Shown in pieces: positions 59,016 to 64,000 of a DNA stretch of 64,000 nucleotides. The notes under the pieces are model-generated. The model saw nothing but the letters and a program-made list of their open reading frames with translations, was not told the DNA's origin and searched no databases. A program made the position numbers and the translations under genes. Each line of letters starts with the position of its first letter. The first letter of the stretch is position 1. This DNA comes from Clostridia bacterium (GTDB lineage: Bacteria; Bacillota; Clostridia; UBA1212; UBA1255): the NCBI GenBank assembly GCA_046952735.1, contig JBKUJR010000010.1:3099-67098 (forward strand), written 5' to 3'.

Positions 59016-62000
59016 TTATTTTTCAACGCTCTCCATATTTGCTTTACACAGGGCGGTGAAGTCGTCGTCTGAGACCATATCGGCGGGATGCCGGATGCCG
59101 ATATAAAGGTCCGAATCTTCAGATAACGCAAATTTGATTTCAAATACACCGAAAACCTCTTTTGAAATGATATGGCGTTCGGCAATGCATTCTCCCGTTC
59201 GGATGTTCTGTACAAACAGATAGGCGCCCGTCTCTCCTGTCAGGAGCTCGAATGTGCATTTATGGGAGCCTGCGCGCAGATGCAGGCCTTGATACAGGCT
59301 CGTGTCGCCTTCCCTGAAATACCGCATAACGCCGCAGACTTTTCCGTTTACCTGATGTACGGCCACGGAGTCTTTCTTTTTATTCCTTTTATAAGACCAG
59401 TTCGACAGGTTCGGCTGCATACTGATGCAGAAATCGCCGTTCTGGAAATTGTCCGCAGAATATATGCCGCAGTCGGAAAGAAAATCCGTAGCGCGGATCG
59501 GACCGAGCGTACATTCCCCTTCATAAATATTATGAAAGATCCGCACGGATTTGACCGGCGAATAATCGTCCGTTTCCGTGTTGTCGAACGGTTGCTTTCC
59601 GCCGTACGGATTATCCGGCCACGTACCGACAGGATTAACGCACGTGATATAATTGTCATACGCAGTAATATCGGAAACTTCCTGCATTTCGTAATTCGGA
59701 TCGCAGGTTCCCCAGGTAATAAAAGCAAGCGCCTTGCCGCCGCCGGAATTGAGATAGGAATGCGCAATGCGGACATGGCGCGTGCCGCCGTGCTTCCCAA
59801 GCCGCGATTTCCACCAAACCAGACCGCGCGGGTCGAAATAACAGCCGCTGAGTACGACGCCGTCGTCGTTCGACTGGAAAAAATTCCGGTTCAAAGCAAC
59901 ATGATGCGAGCCTTTGGAAAGACCGAAACCGTCGCCGCTGACGCAGCGCACCTCGTGCAGCTTGAGATTTGCGGCGTATATATAGGCGCAGCCATATAAC
60001 CCCACATGATAATTATTGGTCCTGACGAGCGAAAAATCGCGGAGCTCCAGATGCTCCACTTCATAGAAGCCGATCGGAATCTGATGGATCCTGTCCGGAC
60101 ACCCTGTAGAATAACTGCCCAGGGATACGCCCTCTTCCGCGCCTGTGTCCACGGACCGGATCTTGCCGAACCCTGTGATTTTAACGTATTCGCTGTACGC
60201 GCATTGTAAAGTCGGAAGATTTGCCACATGTAAGCAGTGCGTCCAGTTGATATTCGGCATTCCGATATCATGCCCATAAGAAGGCACATATCGATAATCC
60301 CGGTAGATCGGAGACTGCCACAACACGGCGCCCGGTTCAAAATGAAGTTCAACGCGGCTTCTGAGAAGTAAATTCGTAATCCGGTAGCGTTTTCCGTAAA
60401 ATACGGTTTGCGGGTCTGCTTCTGCTGTTCCGGGAATGATCACAGTCCCGCCCCCCTGCTTCCAGACCGTATCGATCGCATTCTGGATCGCTTCCGTATC
60501 GTCCGTACAGGCATCTCCCTTGGCGGAGAACGGCGCATCCGTAACAGTTACCAGATAATCCGGCAGTCTGAATTCATAAGGATTATGATCGAAATCCATA
60601 TAATTTTCGATGTAAAAACGCTCTCCGACCGGAATGGTAACGCCGTTTACCGAAAGATAAGCCGCAAATTGGTAGGAAAGGCGGGTGATCGGACCATTTT
60701 GAAAGGGGATCCCGGGAACCGTAAATTCTATCCGGCCGTCTTTGATGCCGGGATTTTCGTTTAGAGCCTGACGGCTGAGGGAGGCGGTTGTCAGAAGCTC
60801 CTTCCCATCGGGTAAATCGCTTTCGTCCATCATCGTCGTAGCATAGATCGATACGATTCCGCCTTCGCTTCCATATGCTTCTTCTATGTATCCTTTCACG
60901 GTGATTTCGTCGCCGCAGGCGAGACACGATGTGATCTCTCCGGCATTTTTTGTGATTTTTCGTTCTTCTTCAAAAGAATATTCCCGTATTACAAGCTCGC
61001 CGGCCCCGCTGCATACGAGTTTAAATTGCAGAAGCCTGCCTTCGCAGCCGGGCGTAGCGGACAAGTTGAAATAATACGACCGATACTCCGGGGAACGGCT
61101 GATTTGCACTTCCGCAGAATTTTCTTCGCAATATTCCGGATGCAGCGTCGTTTTATAATAAAGTTTCAGTTTTGAGGCGGTAGAGGTATTCTTCAATACC
61201 ATAAATACCGTATTTCGCCGCGGCATCAGCATGTTATAAACACTTTTCGACGTATCGGGGAAAACGCAGGTTTCGATTTCGCACGCCCCGTTTATTTTAC
61301 AGGAAAGCGTATCGTCTTTCTCCGTAAGCGTGCAGCCGGAGGCCGTATAGAAAGGCGCCTGCCCTTTGTATCTGAAATATGGATCCAGCACGTTCAATTT
61401 TAACAGCCTGAACTCTTTTAGCGGCCTGCCGGCTGAAACGGACAGTCTGGAAACCTGTGCGAATTCCATGTCGTTGCAGTCGAAGTATACCGTATTTTCA
61501 CCGGGAACGAGCGCTGCTTTGGAAACGAAAGCAGCGGAGCCGTGACAGAATGTAACGGTTATTTCCGTTGCGGCGCCGTTAGAAGTTATTTGGCCGTCGG
61601 CAGTATACGCCCCCGTATCGTATGCGGGATCGAATTCTTGCTGTTCTGCTTCGCAGACACATTCCAGCGTAAACCCGGAACAGCCGGAAAGGTCGAACGA
61701 GACGGGGAATACATGCGTTTTTTTGTTTTCCAGTACGGTATCCGGCTCCGGTTCGAAAAGGATGTCTCCCGTTTGGTACAGAAACCTGCCGGTAATCCTG
61801 TTGGAATGATCGACGCCGCGTTTTTTCTGTGCTTCATAGTAGTTGTATTTCGTATAAATCGCAGGTTCTTTTTCCAATGCCAGCAGTTGTTCTTTCCATT
61901 TCCGGCCTACTGGGAAGTCAACAGGAGAGTCGTCTCCGCCAATCACTCTGTGAGAAGGGATACAAAATAATAATTTATTGGCGCATACGGCATCTGATAC

Positions 62001-62327
62001 GGCTTTTACGCTTTGCGGGCTGCCAATGCGCTCGGCGAGTTCTTTACAGGAAATCGTTTCTCCGTACGGTATTTCTGCAATTTCTTTCCAGACCCGATTC
62101 TGAAAGTCGGCGCCTGTGAGACGGTAGGGGAACGTGAATGCGCTCCGATCGCCTGCAAAATATTCTTTCAACTGCATGATGCACAAATTTGTACAGATAT
62201 TTGGTTCGCAGTTTTCTTCCGGCATTTTTCCGGGCGGCAGCAGCCGGATGGAAAGAACGGATTCTTCCTCGGCTTCCACTTCGTAAGTTCCGGACGGAAT
62301 CGTAAAATATTCTTTAAATTGGCTCAT
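59016..62327 (-). CDS. fusion protein: N-terminal Ogt/MGMT-like domain with Ser replacing the acceptor Cys, plus a roughly 940-aa pectate-lyase-superfamily right-handed beta-helix
   Basis: FQNRVWKEIAEIPYGETISCKELAERIGSPQSVKAVSDAVCANKLLFCIPSHRVIG aligns to the Ogt motif ...PCHRV with PSHRV. The downstream segment GDACTDDTEAIQNAIDTVWKQGGGTVIIPGT is a Pectate_lyase_3-type start. No signal peptide. Confidence 0.7.
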   Translation of the reverse strand: MSQFKEYFTIPSGTYEVEAEEESVLSIRLLPPGKMPEENCEPNICTNLCIMQLKEYFAGDRSAFTFPYRLTGADFQNRVWKEIAEIPYGETISCKELAERIGSPQSVKAVSDAVCANKLLFCIPSHRVIGGDDSPVDFPVGRKWKEQLLALEKEPAIYTKYNYYEAQKKRGVDHSNRITGRFLYQTGDILFEPEPDTVLENKKTHVFPVSFDLSGCSGFTLECVCEAEQQEFDPAYDTGAYTADGQITSNGAATEITVTFCHGSAAFVSKAALVPGENTVYFDCNDMEFAQVSRLSVSAGRPLKEFRLLKLNVLDPYFRYKGQAPFYTASGCTLTEKDDTLSCKINGACEIETCVFPDTSKSVYNMLMPRRNTVFMVLKNTSTASKLKLYYKTTLHPEYCEENSAEVQISRSPEYRSYYFNLSATPGCEGRLLQFKLVCSGAGELVIREYSFEEERKITKNAGEITSCLACGDEITVKGYIEEAYGSEGGIVSIYATTMMDESDLPDGKELLTTASLSRQALNENPGIKDGRIEFTVPGIPFQNGPITRLSYQFAAYLSVNGVTIPVGERFYIENYMDFDHNPYEFRLPDYLVTVTDAPFSAKGDACTDDTEAIQNAIDTVWKQGGGTVIIPGTAEADPQTVFYGKRYRITNLLLRSRVELHFEPGAVLWQSPIYRDYRYVPSYGHDIGMPNINWTHCLHVANLPTLQCAYSEYVKITGFGKIRSVDTGAEEGVSLGSYSTGCPDRIHQIPIGFYEVEHLELRDFSLVRTNNYHVGLYGCAYIYAANLKLHEVRCVSGDGFGLSKGSHHVALNRNFFQSNDDGVVLSGCYFDPRGLVWWKSRLGKHGGTRHVRIAHSYLNSGGGKALAFITWGTCDPNYEMQEVSDITAYDNYITCVNPVGTWPDNPYGGKQPFDNTETDDYSPVKSVRIFHNIYEGECTLGPIRATDFLSDCGIYSADNFQNGDFCISMQPNLSNWSYKRNKKKDSVAVHQVNGKVCGVMRYFREGDTSLYQGLHLRAGSHKCTFELLTGETGAYLFVQNIRTGECIAERHIISKEVFGVFEIKFALSEDSDLYIGIRHPADMVSDDDFTALCKANMESVEK

Positions 62328-63102
62328 TTTGTTTTCCTCCGCGTTTCTTTAAAAATTTTCTATAAATCAACGATGATATAATGGACAAGGATAAATGGAT
62401 CACGACAGACAGGATAAATACGGGCGAGTCCGGCTCTGTGATTGTAGCGCCTACCAGCGTAACGGTTATGATGGACGGCACGCAGCCAAGCACGCCGCCG
62501 GTAATATATTTAAAAAATGAAATTCTGCTTGCCCCCATATAAAGGCTCAATACGTCGCAGGGAATAAAACCGATGATCCGCATGATGTAGGAGAGAAAAA
62601 AACTGTTCTCACTCTGGATGCGGCCGACTTTTGCAATTATACCGCGCTTGTCGTATTTCTCGATAAATTTATCGGCAGCCTTCTGCCCGATCAGTCTTCC
62701 CAGCCAATAGGGAATACTGAGACATACGGCGACGCCGATCGTGTTGACGGCCAGAGACAGCAACTGAGAATCGAAAAACATCCCGCCGGCAATCATCAAA
62801 AGATTCAGGGGGACGACGATCAGAATGCTCTTTATGGCATAGGCACAGATGAGATAGGCGGAAGCCAGCCAGCGATTGTCCATACGGAAACGCATGATAT
62901 CCTCTAAAGTCAGCTGTTTTCCGATCATAACCAATATGACGACGGTGAATACGATTCCGATAATCGGCAGCGATTTAAAGAGGATATTGCCTGCGGGCGA
63001 CTGCGCCCGCAGGCTACGGCGGCCATGAAGTTGTTCGTCTTTGTTTTTCTGCTCCTGGGGCGTCGTATTTTTCATTTGTTTTTGTGTCGTATCTTTCCTC
63101 AT
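62314..63102 (-). CDS. TVP38/TMEM64 (DedA-related) family membrane protein
   Basis: A 262-aa multi-TM protein with SNARE-associated/DedA-like core motifs. Confidence 0.75.
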   Translation of the reverse strand: MRKDTTQKQMKNTTPQEQKNKDEQLHGRRSLRAQSPAGNILFKSLPIIGIVFTVVILVMIGKQLTLEDIMRFRMDNRWLASAYLICAYAIKSILIVVPLNLLMIAGGMFFDSQLLSLAVNTIGVAVCLSIPYWLGRLIGQKAADKFIEKYDKRGIIAKVGRIQSENSFFLSYIMRIIGFIPCDVLSLYMGASRISFFKYITGGVLGCVPSIITVTLVGATITEPDSPVFILSVVIHLSLSIISSLIYRKFLKKRGGKQNEPI

Positions 63103-63295
63103 GAACCCACCTGTTCGCTGTTTCTCAGTATAATATACTATATATTGTACGTAATCGCAATATTATAAAATTTTCTTGCAAAAGAGACTTAAATTTCATT
63201 GCCGTCCGGACAGAAAAACATTGAAAAAGGTTGACAAATGTAGTCCTTGCAGGTATAATCGGTCTACGATTATAGTCCGACAGGAGTTTATAGAA

Positions 63296-63691
63296 ATGGA
63301 AAAACAGATTCTTGCGAGCGAATGGAAAATTATGGAATATGTGTGGACACATCCGGATTGCACGCTGATGCAGATTGTCAAAGCGATGAAGGAAGAGACC
63401 GGATGGGCAAAAAGCACTGTTACGACGATGGTTTCCCGCATGGAAAACAAAGGGCTGCTGCTGTTTGCGGAAAACGGAGGCAGGGCAAAGCGGATCGGCG
63501 CCGCAGTAACGCGCGAAGAAGCCGGAACGGCGGAAACCAAATCGCTGCTGGATAAAATTTACCGGGGCAGCGTCGGAATGCTTGTCTCTTCTCTGGTTGC
63601 CCAGGAAAAGCTTTCGAGAAAAGAAATCGAGGAATTATATGATATTTTAAAAAAAGCGGAGGAAGCTAAAGATGCCGGAAATGACGTTTGA
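63296..63691 (+). CDS. blaI: BlaI/MecI/CopY-family transcriptional repressor
   Basis: SEWKIMEYVW...TVTTMVSRMENKGLL winged-helix penicillinase-repressor signature. The likely start is the ATG at 63296 after RBS CAGGAG. Confidence 0.8.
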   Translation: MEKQILASEWKIMEYVWTHPDCTLMQIVKAMKEETGWAKSTVTTMVSRMENKGLLLFAENGGRAKRIGAAVTREEAGTAETKSLLDKIYRGSVGMLVSSLVAQEKLSRKEIEELYDILKKAEEAKDAGNDV

Positions 63692-64000
63692 AACGATACT
63701 CACTTCTTCCGCGCTGATCGCGGCGGTACTTTTTCTCCGGAAATTGTTAAAAGGAAAGATCGGCAGCGGCATGCAGTATGCTGTGTGGCTGATCGTAGCC
63801 GTCCGTCTGCTTTTACCGTCTCCGCTTCTGCCCAGCCGCGCCAGTATTATGAACGGCGCTGCCGAAACTGCTGCCAAAGCGATAGAAGCACAGCGTTTCG
63901 GATCGCCAGGAACGGAACAGCGCACGCCGGCTTCGGTTGTTAAAAATCCGGAGCAAGCTGCTCCGGCGGGAGCAGATCCAGATTCGCCGCGGGGAATGCG
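63672..64000 (+). CDS. BlaR1-like (M56) membrane sensor-peptidase, N-terminal part (continues past the window end)
   Basis: It overlaps the blaI stop. Its TM-rich N-terminus (LTSSALIAAVLFLRKLL...VWLIVAVRLLLPSP) is typical of BlaR1/MecR1 partners of BlaI. Confidence 0.7.
   Translation, partial: MPEMTFETILTSSALIAAVLFLRKLLKGKIGSGMQYAVWLIVAVRLLLPSPLLPSRASIMNGAAETAAKAIEAQRFGSPGTEQRTPASVVKNPEQAAPAGADPDSPRGM

Noticed and set aside
1-64000. CRISPR arrays, rRNA genes, large tandem repeats
   Set aside because: No spaced direct-repeat arrays and no rRNA-like conserved segments were seen on reading the sequence. The only repeats noted are the Thr/Ala/Pro codon repeats inside the lipoprotein linker (2330-2420) and the IS terminal repeats.

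Overview
The window reads as a Firmicutes/Clostridia chromosome segment (sporulation gene spoVS, the rny-ymdB-spoVS block, recG-ftsK, coaD-rsmD, indolepyruvate ferredoxin oxidoreductase). Core regions are about 50% G+C by eye and densely coded. The core genes are: trkH/trkA (1-1941); a glycan-utilisation block with a GH2 beta-mannosidase-like gene, a discoidin-domain lipoprotein and a GH127 gene (6530-12805); the housekeeping run coaD-rsmD-recG-ftsK-rny-ymdB-spoVS (37957-46721); a solute-binding protein plus SSS symporter (46925-50015); a paaK-iorA-iorB-paaK-ACT aromatic-acid operon (50059-55536); the ylmE/yggS-sepF division block (57204-58550); a 1103-aa MGMT-like/beta-helix fusion (59016-62327); and blaI with the start of a blaR1-like gene at the window end. 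Between about 12.85 kb and 35.06 kb lies a visibly AT-rich accessory island. It carries tRNA-Ala(CGC) and tRNA-Lys(CTT) and a large amount of mobile-element debris: a frameshifted tyrosine-integrase fragment fused end-to-end with a YhcG-nuclease fragment, three frameshifted large serine recombinase remnants, an internally deleted GC-rich IS remnant with imperfect inverted repeats, and a truncated ABC transporter. Embedded in the island (about 23.1-32.7 kb) is a compact, same-strand candidate RiPP-like peptide modification and export cluster. In order it encodes a transglutaminase-like Cys-His-Asp enzyme, a radical SAM/SPASM maturase, an acyl-carrier-like protein, and a 43-aa Cys-rich peptide (MTKKVKLKKPQVKKDDKILTLYSTETNGVDSCCPSGQSGNCTC) that the ORF track did not report, followed by an intrinsic terminator. 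It continues with two fused-type ABC exporters, a subtilisin-like protease fused to a roughly 370-aa P-loop-like domain, a possible BtrH/C39-like Cys...His protein, and a second carrier protein. No adenylating or carrier-loading enzyme is visible. This combination looks unusual and is the main candidate for an undescribed system. Secondary items are a sigma-70 domain fused to a roughly 390-aa C-terminal region next to an M1-like gluzincin and tRNA-Ala, and an Ogt-like domain with Ser in place of the acceptor Cys fused to a pectate-lyase-like beta-helix. No CRISPR array or rRNA gene was seen.
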